Positions 27,177-37,839 of a DNA stretch of 64,000 bases are shown here, in pieces (position 1 is the first letter of the stretch; the number at the start of each line of letters is the position of its first letter). Below the pieces are notes generated by a model that was not told the DNA's origin, did not search any database, and was given only the letters and a program-made list of their open reading frames with translations. The translations under genes and the position numbers were made by a program. The stretch is from Oculina patagonica. Taxonomy: Eukaryota. The DNA lies in contig NC_135760.1 of assembly GCF_052425735.1 (NCBI RefSeq), positions 14,384,001 through 14,448,000 on the forward strand, given 5' to 3'.

Positions 27177-30100
27177 CATATTACACAATGTTGCACCAGT
27201 GTTCCCATTTCTCCTAGTTCTTACCATCTTGGAAATCTTGTTTCCTGCCCTCTCTTTTCCTACCCTTAACTCCTGAGCTTCCACCCATCTGTCCCTCCTG
27301 CCACGCCCCCATAATCCCCCACCCCCACCTCTCTCTGCTATCTGAAAACCTGTCCTTGGGTCCTTTGGTCTGGAATCATCCCTTTGCTCTTCTTAGTTAT
27401 ATCCATAAGATCTTAAGTCACTGTAACAATGAATTTTTTTTTGTAATTTCTTACCTCTGAATCCCTCCTCTCTCAGTGTTTCTGCAGCTTTCATGGCTGA
27501 CCCACCTGCATTGTTAAAAATTAAAACATGTTAATTTTATTGATTAAAATATTTTTATTAATGAACCATTTACATCCTGCAAACACACCAAGTCTTACCT
27601 CCACCAATAATAACAAAGACTCTTTTGTCATAATTTGTGTCTGCTTTAACCATCTTCTTCACTCTTTTATGGGATGTGAATTGCTAAGCAAAGGAAATTA
27701 AAATTAAAACAATTACATAGTAATTTTATGTATCAATTTTATAATCACTAAAGAAAGTTAGTTATAACAGATCATGCAATCTTTCTGTATACTAACTCTT
27801 TTATGGTACATGTTGTCAGTAACAGCAGAACTCACTTCTTTTATTATACATAATTTTAATAATTTTATTCTAAATTATTTACTGTAAACATCTTACCTCT
27901 GGGTGTGCTCTCACAATCACATTATCGTTCTTAATGACCACCTAAAATAAATTCATACCAAAATGATTAATTTAAAATTAATTCAGTAAAAGTGGCCTCA
28001 CAAGGCAGAGTATAAAAAATTAGAATATGATTTTGTTTATTAATAAATATAACTCTTGCCACTGCAAACTGGCATAATTGTTTATAAATGCATTAGACTC
28101 CAGGGCTGTGCTCTAAGGGCGCCCAGGAGCCTCAGGGGACTAACTTTTGTCTTTGGGCGACCAGATAATCTTATTTCTTTCATATAAGCTAGTTATGCTG
28201 GGCACCCTAGATCTTATAGTTTGGAACCTTTGGGCTCCTTGTAATTTTTCTTAGAACACAGCCTTGAGACTCTTGGTCAAGCAGACTCGGTTCTGTAGGG
28301 GAAATAATCAGCAGGGCCCAGTTGCAAGGAGTGGATAAATCACTATCCAGTTGATAGCGTACTTATGTTTTGACATTTATCCACTGGATAGCGATTGTAT
28401 CCAGCGGCTACCATTAGATCCATCCTTTGAAAAGAAGTGATGCCAGGTAGTAGTACTTAGTAAGTTTATGACAACTACATTTGTATATAGCAAATTAAAT
28501 GCCATATGTATGGGAAACCTCAACAGCAAAATTAATCACTTTACAAACCTCGAATTTGGGCAAACTGTCTAGCCCAGGAAAGTCTTCAATATCACCAGTC
28601 TTGATATTGAAGCAAGCTCCGTGCCAGGGGCAGCGTACACGTCCATTACAGAGATGTCCCGTGGATAGTGGTGCTCCATAATGAGTACACTTGTGACCCA
28701 CAGCAGAGTATTCTCCATTTTCACGCACCAGCAGTGCTTTACCAGCTTCTCCAATGTCAATTGTTTTCATCCTTCATACAAAAATTGCAAATGCAAAGTT
28801 CAAAATATTTTTATCGATATTGAAAAAGAGTAACATTCATGACAAGTGCAACATGGATCTGACATTCTGCAAGTTTCTGAATTTGACATCAGCACACACA
28901 CATCTGTAATGTATTGGGCCGCAAAGCATGTTGGGAAAACCTTCCATGTGCTTTTGGAAGCGGCGGCCATGTTGTCGGCCGAATAAAACATGTTGAGTTA
29001 AATCTGGAAGCTTAAATGTGTTATTGATCCAAGGGACACTACACTGGCGACGAGGATAGTTGCATCATCGCACATTAGAGCAATTTGGCGATGGAAAAGA
29101 ACGTGTTACCAAAATTTGATTGTTTTTCTGACCCAGCGACGATTGGTCCACGATGGACAAGATGGTTGAATTCATTCGAGCTGTACGCCGACGGGAAAGG
29201 GCTTATTATAAACGAAACAACTACGGCAGCAACGAAGCAGAGGCGAAGAGCCATGTTACTCCACTTGGCTGGGCCTGACGTACAGGAAATATTTACCACC
29301 TTAACCGAAACCGGGGACGCTACAGATTACGCCCGTGCAGTCAACATTCTAAACGCCTATTTCGTACCACAAGTGAACTCGGCGTTCGCCCGCCAGACCT
29401 TTCATCAGATCACACAGAAACCAGGTGAGACCGTTCAACAATTTGCTACACGCTTAAAGAAAGCAGCTAAAGATTGTGATTTTGGCACCGATGCCGATAA
29501 CCAGATTCGAGATGCAGTTTTGAATAAATGTGCTTCAACCTACATAAAACGCAAATTGCTTGAAGAAGGGCAAGGCCTTAACTTAAAACGCACTTTAGAG
29601 ATCGCTGAACAATGCGAAAAAATTGAAACACAACTGGCTGCACTTTCTGCAAAAGGGGAGGAACCAGAAAGTATTAACAGAGTCAATGAAAGGGATAACA
29701 ATCCGAGCACTAGCACACAGGGGAGATCCCAAACGAGAGATCAAACTTGTTATAGATGCGGTTTAAAGGGGCATTTTGGTCGTGATCCCCAGTGCCCAGC
29801 AAAAGGCAAGACGTGCAGGAAGTGTCGTGGGAGGGATCATTTTGAGAAAGTCTGCAAGACGAAATCATATGCTCACCAGGTTGGAAAGGGACCCAGTGAC
29901 CCCCAACATGACTATGCATTCAGTATCAATGAAGGTGAACAATCAGAAATGATCACCGTGCAAGTAGGAGGGGTGGACCTTAAGATGCTAATCGATTCTG
30001 GGGCTAACAGCAATATTGTTGACGAAGGGACGTGGGAACAGCTGAAGGCGAAGGGGGTGAAATGTGAATCACAGGCTGCTTCCCCAGACAAAAAGTTATA

Positions 30101-33100
30101 CCCATATGCATCAAATCAGCCATTGCCAGTGAAAGGAAGTTTTAAGTGTACGGTGGCCGTTTGTGATAGATCCACCAGAGCAGAGTTCTTGGTAATTAAG
30201 GGTAGAGGGATGTCACTACTTGGAAAAGTAACAGCAACAGAATTGGGGGTGCTAAAAGTTGGTATTAACATTGCTGCAGTAACCACCAAGGCCCATGATT
30301 TGAAACTGCAATACCCAGAAGTGTTTGAGGGTGTCGGAAAGCTAAAAAACAAGCAGATATCCCTGGATATAGACCCCACTGTGAAACCTGTGGCACAGCC
30401 ATACAGAAGAATACCTTTCAATCTCAGGGAAAAGGTCCAAGACAAAACCACAGAACTCTTGGAATTGGGAATAATTGAACCAGTTGAGGGACCTGCCCCT
30501 TGGGTCAACCCTGTGTAATTGTTCCAAAGAACAATGGGGAGATCCGTCTCTGCATTGACATGAGGCAGGCAAATCAGGCAATAATGCGAAGGCGATATCC
30601 AATACCCACAGTTGACGATGTGTTACACACCATGAATGGTTCTAAGGTCTTCAGTAAATTGGACCTCAAGTGGGGATACCATCAGTTAGAGTTGAGCCCA
30701 GAGTCCAGAGAAATTACAACATTTGCCACACCCGATGGGTTGTTTCGCTACAAACGCTTACTCTTTGGTGTATGTTCTGCCAGTGAACAATATCAACATG
30801 AAATCGCTTCAGTCCTCGCAGGTATCGAAGGTGCAGAAAACATCTCGGATGATATTGTGGTGCATGGTCCTGACACAGAAACACATGACAAGAGGCTCCG
30901 GCAAACGATCCAGCGCCTGCAAGAGTGCGGTCTCACTTTGAATGCTGAGAAATGTTTGTTCAACATGGACAGGTTGGTGTTTATGGGAATGTTGCTTTCA
31001 GAGAAAGGGATTGGTCCCACAGAAGATCGAGTCAAAGCAGTATTAGAAGCGAAGGAACCAGAGAATGCCACGGATGTACGCAGTTTCCTGGGTTTGGCCA
31101 ACTACAGTAGTAGGTTCATACCTCACTTTGCCACGTTGTCTGAACCACTGCGAAGATTGACCAGGAAAGAGACGCCGTTCGAATTTGGGCCAGAACAGAG
31201 AAAATCCTTCGAATCACTCAAACAGAAGATGGCAGAAGCATGCACGCTGGCGTATTTCGATAAAACCGCACCCACCAAGGTCATTACAGATGCCAGCCCA
31301 GTTGGTCTAGGAGCGGTTCTCGTACAGGAACAGGGTGGCGCGTGGACACCAGTATGTTATGCAAGTCGTAGTCTGACTGTATGTGAGCAGAAATATTCCC
31401 AAACAGAAAAGGAAGCATTAGGTGTGGTGTGGGCGTGTGAGAGGTTCCATGTCTATCTGTATGGAATGAAGTTTGTTGTGGAGACCGACCACAAGCCATT
31501 AGAGGTGATATACGGTCCACGGTCGAGGCCATGTGCACGGATAGAACGATGGGTTCTCAGATTACAGCCATATGATTTCAGTGTGGTACACAGGCCTGGG
31601 TCAGGGAACATTGCCGATCCACTGTCACGGCTGCTCCACAGGGAGGTCAAACCTGACAACCACCAGCAGTGTGCAGAAAAATATGTTAGATTTGTTGCCG
31701 TAAATGCGACTCCGACAGCACTCACAACCCGCGAGATAGAGGAAGCATCAGCTGTTGATGAAGAACTGATAGAAGTAAGAAGGGCCATTGCAACCGGGCA
31801 GTTTGAGAAGTGCAAACAATACATGGCGGTGGCTGGGGAGTTGTGTGTCATTGGCCAGCTTGTGCTTCGAGGTACGCGCATTGTTATTCCCCAAAAGTTT
31901 CGACCGAGGACCCTAGCCCTTGCTCATGAAGGCCACTTGGGGGTGGTTGGCACAAAACAAAATCTCAGGACCAAGGTGTGGTGGCCAGGAATGGACAGGG
32001 CAGCTGACAGACACTGCCGAACATGCCATGGATGTCAGTTAGTGGCACGGCCAGATCCTCCTGAACCAATCCGGTCCACGACACTACCAGATGGGCCCTG
32101 GCAGGACTTAGCGGTTGACCTGATGGGACCACTACCGTCCGGACATTCATTGTTGGTGATTGTCGATTACTATAGCCGGTTCTACGAGGTCGAGGTCATG
32201 CAATCCACTACCGCTGAAAAGGTCATTGACCGCCTGGCAGACACTTTCTCTAGACATGGGTTACCAGCCACCATCAAGTCTGACAATGGTCCACAGTTCA
32301 AATCAAGTGAATTTAGAGAATATTGTGAACAGCAAGGAATAATTCATCACAAAGTTACCGCCAAGTGGGCCCAAGCCAACGGGGAGGTGGAGAGGCAGAA
32401 TCGGTCACTACTGAAGCGTCTGCAGATTGCTCAGGCAGAAAACAAATCCTGGAGGGCAGAATTAAGGAAGTATCTCACTGCCTACAGAAGCATTCCCCAC
32501 GGTACGACTGGTAGGAGCCCTGCTGAGCTATTGTTTAACCGGAAAGTTAAAGGAAAGATCCCTGATTTAAGCATTGATCACGCTTATGACCATGAATTAC
32601 ACGATCGCGATGCCGAACAGAAAGCTAAGACCAAAGACTATGCAGATACACAACGCAGAGCCAGTCACTCCAATGTCGAAGCAGGTGATGAAGTCCTAGT
32701 CAAACAGGACAAAACTAACAAGCTCAGCACAGCTTTCAACCCGAACCCGTTCAAAGTAATCAGTAAGAGCGGAAACAGTCTTGTGATTGAAAGTCCAGCA
32801 GGGAATCAGTACTCCAGAAACACAAGCCATGTGAAGCGTTACATCACGGAAGGGGACCCCTCTTCCCAGCAAGAACCAGATGTCTTGGTAACACCTGCCC
32901 CACTACCCGCAGAGGAACCAGCTACGGGGCCGCTGAACAGTGAAGTTTACCTTGACACACCGGAGAGCGTTGGGGCAAGATCAGAGACACTAAGTACCCC
33001 GCGACCACAGAGGACACGCAGATTACCAGAGAGATTGAGAGACTATGTTGTTAACTTTCTCTGGGGAACATGAACACTGAACATTGATTCTGTTTAAACA

Positions 33101-36100
33101 GAAAGCTTAAGAGACAGTGTTGTTTATTACAGTAGCTTTCTCAAGAGAACACTGATTTCACTTAAACTAAAACAGTTTGAACAGTTAAGTTTAATTTGTT
33201 ACATGTTTCATTGGGGAACCCCCCCCCTGACTTTGTCGTTTCTGCAGTTAGAAATACTTGTTTATGTAAAGAAGCATTTATCAGAGAAAAGGGGAGATGT
33301 AATGTATTGGGCCGCAAAGCATGTTGGGAAAACCTTCCATGTGCTTTTGGAAGCGGCGGCCATGTTGTCGGCCGAATAAAACATGTTGAGTTAAATCTGG
33401 AAGCTTAAATGTGTTATTGATCCAAGGGACACTACAACATCTTGGGAGGGGTAGTGGCCTAATGGTTAGCGTGCCAGACTCCGGAGCGGACTTTCCGGAC
33501 TTTTCTGGCTGGGTCACTGAGTTGTGTTCTTGGGCAAGATACTTTACTCTCACAGTGCCTCTCTCCACACAGGTGTATTAAAATGGGTACAGGCGAAATA
33601 ATGCTGGGGGGTAACCCTGTGATGGACTAGCATCCCATTCAGGGGGGAGTAGAAATATTTCTAGCTGCTTAATGCTATTGAAACCAGGATAAGCTCCAGC
33701 TGTATGCGGCACTTGGCTAAATGCTGTCCCCCTTTACACGCATATTTTACATTATTGCCATACACAAAGAAAATTAATCCTTACGTTCCATCTTGCAAAC
33801 AGTCATCATACTGACCCACATTAACCTCAATCATGTTGGTACTTTCCACAGAAATTCCTGGTTATGAAATGAACACATCCTAGTCAATAATCACTCACTA
33901 ATATGATATGATGAGAAAATGACAATACACTTTTTAAAAAAAAAATGCATTTCTAGCAGACCTTTAGGCCACAAACAAAAAATGCATTTTTAGCAGAACT
34001 TTAGGCCACACCAACTCCATTTCTTTTACAAGGCTTAGCAAGTCTCAGGCTGACAGAAGATGTAACAGGCTTGTTGTCTCGCAACAGCAACCCTCCAAGT
34101 TAAGACCATTTTAGTCGCCATGGCGACTAAAATTTTGGAGCAGGCGAATACATTGAAATCGAACTTGCCAGCCTGGCGACTAAAATCAAGAAGAAGGATT
34201 GAAAGAGTGAGCTTAATTTAGCAACTAAAATGTTTCACTGGCAACCAAACTTGAGCAGTTGGTGGCCAAATGGCCACTAAGGAAAACAAATACACTTGGA
34301 GGGTTGAACAGCAAAGTGTGAATTTACCCTTCACTGCGAATGACAATAAATGACATTGGCTGGGGTGGGGGGCGGGGTACAGAACATTGCAAAATTATCT
34401 GTGCAAGTCTTTCAAACCTCCTTCTTTCCTTTCTTCACAAAAACCACACTGTGAATCAGTGACAATTTCTTTGATAGCCTAGCTCACAACCTCTATCTGC
34501 CATTGTTGAATTAACAGTAGAGGAAAATGAATTATTTGTCTGAGATGTACGTTATAATTCTAGGGGTTGCCAGAGGGTTTTTTCTGTTTTGTGGTGAAGC
34601 TATCTGTGAGCAGTGGAGCTGTGATGACGGCAAGCAAACTTTCACTCACCATGATTGGAGGCTCACTACTCGCAGGTAGCAGCACTGCTCACAGATAGCA
34701 GTAACCTGCGATCAGGCTTTCTTTTTTTTTCGCGGCGGAGGGAAGGCGAAAAAAGGAAAGCCTGATACAATTACTTATGAAGTCGTCTGCCGCCCCCTAA
34801 TTAAAGTATCTGTCAACGTCGTCTAGAATGTCGGCGATGCCATCAGATAAGCGTGATTAGCGCCTTCAAATTATATTTTTACTCTCACAAACGTGTGTTT
34901 GAATAACCCTTTTGAACGAGCTGATCGGATGGTTTTTAAAATTTGTTTTTGCGAAGGCTGATTTTGTGTAAGACTCAGGTTAGACATTTCAAGGTTGTAG
35001 TTTTCGTCACTGGCACGATCGTCTGGCGTCTTTGGTGGTGTGATGTAATACTGTCGACACCATTGGTGATAGATCACGCTCTTGCCGAATTCCGTCGGAA
35101 GCACCGCCAAAACATCTTTTCTTTCACAAACTATTCGTCGAATACACTCCCTTTGTTCGTCTTTAAATGTTTTGTGAACAAAACTCTTCAGAGATTTTCT
35201 AAAAGCTAGAAGAACTCGCTCTCTGCTTCATTCCGCCATGATAACAATCATCTACGCGTGATATTTTTGGACCGGAAATTAGACTTGAACTCAATTAGCC
35301 AATCAGGATAGAGTTTTAATGTTGCCTTTTGTTTTCTGACCAATCAGAAAAAAGTCCAGATTCTGGACTTTTTACAGACGACTCGACAAGTAATTGTATC
35401 AGGCGTTCATTTTTCCGTTGACCCCTCCGCCGCGAGAAAAATAACGCCTGATCGCAGGTTAAGATAGCAGCTTCACCACAAAGAAGAAAAAAACCCTCTG
35501 GCACCCAGGGTAAGATTAACGCAGGACACAGATGAAATTAATGCCAGGCTGGCTTGTTTTCTGTCCTTGATGAATTTTAATGTCTAGTGAAAACATGTCT
35601 TGAAATATCTGTCATGACGAACTTACTAAGATTAGACGTAAACTTATAATTTATTAACTTTGATCTGAGACAATTAAGAACTAGCTTTGTAAATTTAATA
35701 GACAGTAAATTTCTTATTAAAAACCCAGTTAAAATATTTTTCTGTCCATTTTTTTAATCAGATTTCCGAAAAACTATGATATAGCAACAATATCCTTGAC
35801 AACAAAGTAATGATTTTCTAGCCAGCCCACCGCTGTTTATATTATATTGAGCGCACTAAGCGATCAAGATCGACAGATATCTAATATTGAACAAATGCCT
35901 GTTAAAAGGCGACAGAGACAACAAACCAAATGGCTTCCGTCGTTTTAGCAGGTGTGAATCCATAAATTATCGAGAAAGCAAATCATTCCCACCTTACGCA
36001 CAAAAGCGGATCAAGCCATTCTGTATTGAGCTAATCTGGCAAGAGTTTTGCCAGACGAAGTGAGACAACTCACCTTCTTCGACATAGGCAGAAGTAGTTA

Positions 36101-36191
36101 AGGTCCCTGTAGTAGAAAAGCTCGCAAAAGATGGAGGAGGGACCCTTTTAACTACGTTCTTCTCCCTCTTAGACGAAACCGTGACTCCCAT
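19883..36191 (-). CDS. AIFM3: AIFM3-like Rieske + FAD/NAD(P)H oxidoreductase, 20 exons (36191-36074, 33857-33785, 28771-28549, 27941-27897, 27683-27599, 27505-27455, 26780-26719, 26559-26473, 26009-25918, 25551-25472, 25139-25089, 24946-24831, 24322-24251, 23864-23801, 23631-23555, 23398-23284, 22911-22813, 22099-22024, 21730-21626, 19898-19883)
   Basis: Rieske motifs CTHYGAPL and RCPWHGACF; FAD-binding VIIGGGGS, PYDRPILSK, ATGG, GTSFIGME, VFASGDIA, IGHWQ, IPFFWTSQYGKSIRYCG; splice phases consistent. The first and last small exons are less certain. Confidence 0.9.
20000..20869. mobile_element. MITE (gggacccaaa...tttgggtccc) with aaagtcgcc tandem motifs, interrupted by a nested piggyBac-type MITE
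   Basis: gggacccaaaatcgcc at 20000 and ggcgactttgggtccc ending 20869; the motif array resumes after the insertion. Confidence 0.7.
20218..20834. mobile_element. piggyBac-type MITE nested at a TTAA site
   Basis: ttaa|cccttaacatg ... catatttaaggg|ttaa. Confidence 0.7.
21312..21597. mobile_element. MITE with tagagcggttttca...tgaaaactgctcta inverted ends
   Basis: ~25-bp imperfect TIRs; internal gattgg/ccaatc motifs. Confidence 0.7.
25615..25850. repeat. Degenerate (GACA/GATG/GGCA)n tetranucleotide repeat
   Basis: Directly visible low-complexity array. Confidence 0.75.
28905..29043 (+). repeat. 5' LTR
   Basis: tgtaatgtattgggcc...gggacactaca, identical to 33298-33436. Confidence 0.95.
29045..29057 (+). 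promoter_or_regulatory. Primer-binding site, complementary to the 3' end of tRNA-Ser(GCU)
   Basis: TGGCGACGAGGAT is the reverse complement of ATCCTCGTCG-CCA. Confidence 0.75.
29085..30518 (+). CDS. Gag-protease part of the Gypsy polyprotein (frameshifted at ~30515)
   Basis: Two CCHC knuckles (CYRCGLKGHFGRDPQC, CRKCRGRDHFEKVC); aspartic protease LIDSGA; start of RT (PYRRIP...WVNPV). Confidence 0.9.
   Translation: MAMEKNVLPKFDCFSDPATIGPRWTRWLNSFELYADGKGLIINETTTAATKQRRRAMLLHLAGPDVQEIFTTLTETGDATDYARAVNILNAYFVPQVNSAFARQTFHQITQKPGETVQQFATRLKKAAKDCDFGTDADNQIRDAVLNKCASTYIKRKLLEEGQGLNLKRTLEIAEQCEKIETQLAALSAKGEEPESINRVNERDNNPSTSTQGRSQTRDQTCYRCGLKGHFGRDPQCPAKGKTCRKCRGRDHFEKVCKTKSYAHQVGKGPSDPQHDYAFSINEGEQSEMITVQVGGVDLKMLIDSGANSNIVDEGTWEQLKAKGVKCESQAASPDKKLYPYASNQPLPVKGSFKCTVAVCDRSTRAEFLVIKGRGMSLLGKVTATELGVLKVGINIAAVTTKAHDLKLQYPEVFEGVGKLKNKQISLDIDPTVKPVAQPYRRIPFNLREKVQDKTTELLELGIIEPVEGPAPWVNPV
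30500..33073 (+). CDS. Pol: reverse transcriptase, RNase H, integrase
   Basis: RLCIDMR, FSKLDLKWGYHQ, ISDD active site, TDASPVGLG, YSQTEKEAL, TDHKPL, HHCC zinc finger, SDNGPQF, ANGEVER. Confidence 0.93.
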   Translation: MGQPCVIVPKNNGEIRLCIDMRQANQAIMRRRYPIPTVDDVLHTMNGSKVFSKLDLKWGYHQLELSPESREITTFATPDGLFRYKRLLFGVCSASEQYQHEIASVLAGIEGAENISDDIVVHGPDTETHDKRLRQTIQRLQECGLTLNAEKCLFNMDRLVFMGMLLSEKGIGPTEDRVKAVLEAKEPENATDVRSFLGLANYSSRFIPHFATLSEPLRRLTRKETPFEFGPEQRKSFESLKQKMAEACTLAYFDKTAPTKVITDASPVGLGAVLVQEQGGAWTPVCYASRSLTVCEQKYSQTEKEALGVVWACERFHVYLYGMKFVVETDHKPLEVIYGPRSRPCARIERWVLRLQPYDFSVVHRPGSGNIADPLSRLLHREVKPDNHQQCAEKYVRFVAVNATPTALTTREIEEASAVDEELIEVRRAIATGQFEKCKQYMAVAGELCVIGQLVLRGTRIVIPQKFRPRTLALAHEGHLGVVGTKQNLRTKVWWPGMDRAADRHCRTCHGCQLVARPDPPEPIRSTTLPDGPWQDLAVDLMGPLPSGHSLLVIVDYYSRFYEVEVMQSTTAEKVIDRLADTFSRHGLPATIKSDNGPQFKSSEFREYCEQQGIIHHKVTAKWAQANGEVERQNRSLLKRLQIAQAENKSWRAELRKYLTAYRSIPHGTTGRSPAELLFNRKVKGKIPDLSIDHAYDHELHDRDAEQKAKTKDYADTQRRASHSNVEAGDEVLVKQDKTNKLSTAFNPNPFKVISKSGNSLVIESPAGNQYSRNTSHVKRYITEGDPSSQQEPDVLVTPAPLPAEEPATGPLNSEVYLDTPESVGARSETLSTPRPQRTRRLPERLRDYVVNFLWGT
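33298..33436 (+). repeat. 3' LTR
   Basis: Identical to the 5' LTR, preceded by the PPT and followed by the TSD. Confidence 0.95.
33444..33719 (+). mobile_element. tRNA-derived SINE (Nin/Deu-domain-like family)
   Basis: A-box gtggcctaatggttag; conserved core gttgtgttcttgggcaagatactttactctcacagtgcctctctccac...aatgggtac; two more copies in the window. Confidence 0.8.
34557..35512. mobile_element. Nested MITEs: outer (gccagagggttttt...aaaaccctctggcac), inner ~34702-35461 (taacctgcgatcaggc...gcctgatcgcaggtta)
   Basis: Two sets of inverted termini, one inside the other. Confidence 0.6.
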
Positions 36192-37839
36192 AACGGGAAA
36201 AAACCGATATGGTAATTTTCTGTGATAATGATGTTTACGTATGAATCTACCGATGAAAACTGCACACACTCGCGATAGAATGCCGAGCTTTCTCGCTTCG
36301 CGCAACATGCAGATGGACTTTGCAGGTGAATAGGTAATGACGTAGGTTGGTTTTAGAGTCGGATAATTATACCTCAGTACTTACTGTCTCTTAAAAGGTC
36401 ATCAGCTGCACACACTGGAGCTCTTCTGCACCTTGCAAACAACCTTGACAATGGAAGGGGTGGGACCCTTAATTACAGTCAGTGCTTCACGTAAACCCCC
36501 TTGTAATGTCTCACATTATCAAACATTCTGGCTGCAACCACGGACGAAGGGCAGTGGGGGCAAAAATGAGCAGAGAAAAGAACCAGGGAGGGAAACGCGC
36601 GTCCCCCAGCAGGCCGGGACGCAGGCAAGCCAGCAATAGGCACGTATGACCTGCAAGAGCAGTTTTTTTGGTGGGTTGTGGGGTGCTTATATGTCAACAT
36701 ATGGCTTATCTCAGTATCTCAAACGATACTTAAACCTTCTCAGATACGGCAAAGTGTACTGTCATCCTGTGTACAGTTTTTTTTTTTTTTTTTTCTCCCC
36801 AGGGAAGGGGGACAGCTGTACACAGGCTAGTTGATGGCAGCCCCAAGCTGATTGCTGCGGCAAACCAAAGCTGTGCACTAAGAATAATTGCAGGGTGCCG
36901 GAAGGCTCTTATGAAAGAAATCTTGGGTACCCAGGTCTTAAAAGCTTTCATGATAGCAAAGTTATACAAGTCGCCCAAAGACTAGCCTGCGGCAAGCGCC
37001 GCGAGCGAGGGGTGTAGGGCGAACGAATATTCTGGCGAAGAGGAACGCTTGCAACGCAGGCTACCCAAAGACAAAAGTAAGCTGCCTGTGGCACCTGGGC
37101 TCTGCTAGAGCACAGCTCTGCTTGAAACTTGTGACCAATCGTCCAACATGCAACCTCACCCCCAGTGTCTGTCTTCTCCCACAACATAAAGTTTGAGAAA
37201 TGATTTGGAAATGGAGGGGTGGTGAATGGTCCTTCAAAAAAGGCGAGTCTCGCAGAATTTTAGCCAAATTGTAGGGTCTCGTCCTCTCAAAGTTTTCTTT
37301 GATGCCTTCTCGGAGTCTCAATTTTTTTTGCAAGGCTAAAATGGTCACGCAGAAAAGATATCAGTCTTGTCATCTCTCAAAGTCTCCCATCTACCATTCA
37401 ACACCCCTAAATAGCAGAAAGCCAAGAGGCTAAAAGTATGTTACTGTTTGCCAACTTCTCTGAACAAAGCAGAACAAAGTAGCAGTTTAGCACTGTTCAT
37501 TGGCCATTGTAGGCTCGATTTCCGCCGTTTCCCGGGTCCGGTCTTCTTTCCCCCCCGTGGCCGCGGCTCTTTTTCCCAAAAGGGGGGGAGGGTGGCCATT
37601 GGTGCTTACTGAAAGCATGTAAGACCCTTTAAATTTTGAAAAAATAAGTAGAGTGGGATAGATGTATGACACAAAAAGAAAAGTGCAGATTTTACATTTT
37701 ATTCACAACCAGTTAAGAAATTTAATCCAGCATGACAAAGCAATGACACTATCATAGGTCCAACACATCTTCAAACAATTTTCCAATTAATGAAACGCCT
37801 TGAAAACAGCAATGATGAACAAAAAGCCTGCACAAGTGC

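Larger units (their letters stand above)
28905..33436 (+). mobile_element. Full-length Ty3/Gypsy (Mag-like) LTR retrotransposon in AIFM3 intron 2, antisense to the host gene
   Basis: Identical 139-bp TG...CA LTRs; 5-bp TSD ACATC (28900-28904 and 33437-33441); PBS TGGCGACGAGGAT; polypurine tract ~33282-33297; PR-RT-RH-IN order. Confidence 0.97.

Noticed and set aside
30490-30520. Programmed ribosomal frameshift between gag and pol
   Set aside because: The break is inside the RT N-terminus, has no slippery sequence, and is repaired by one added G
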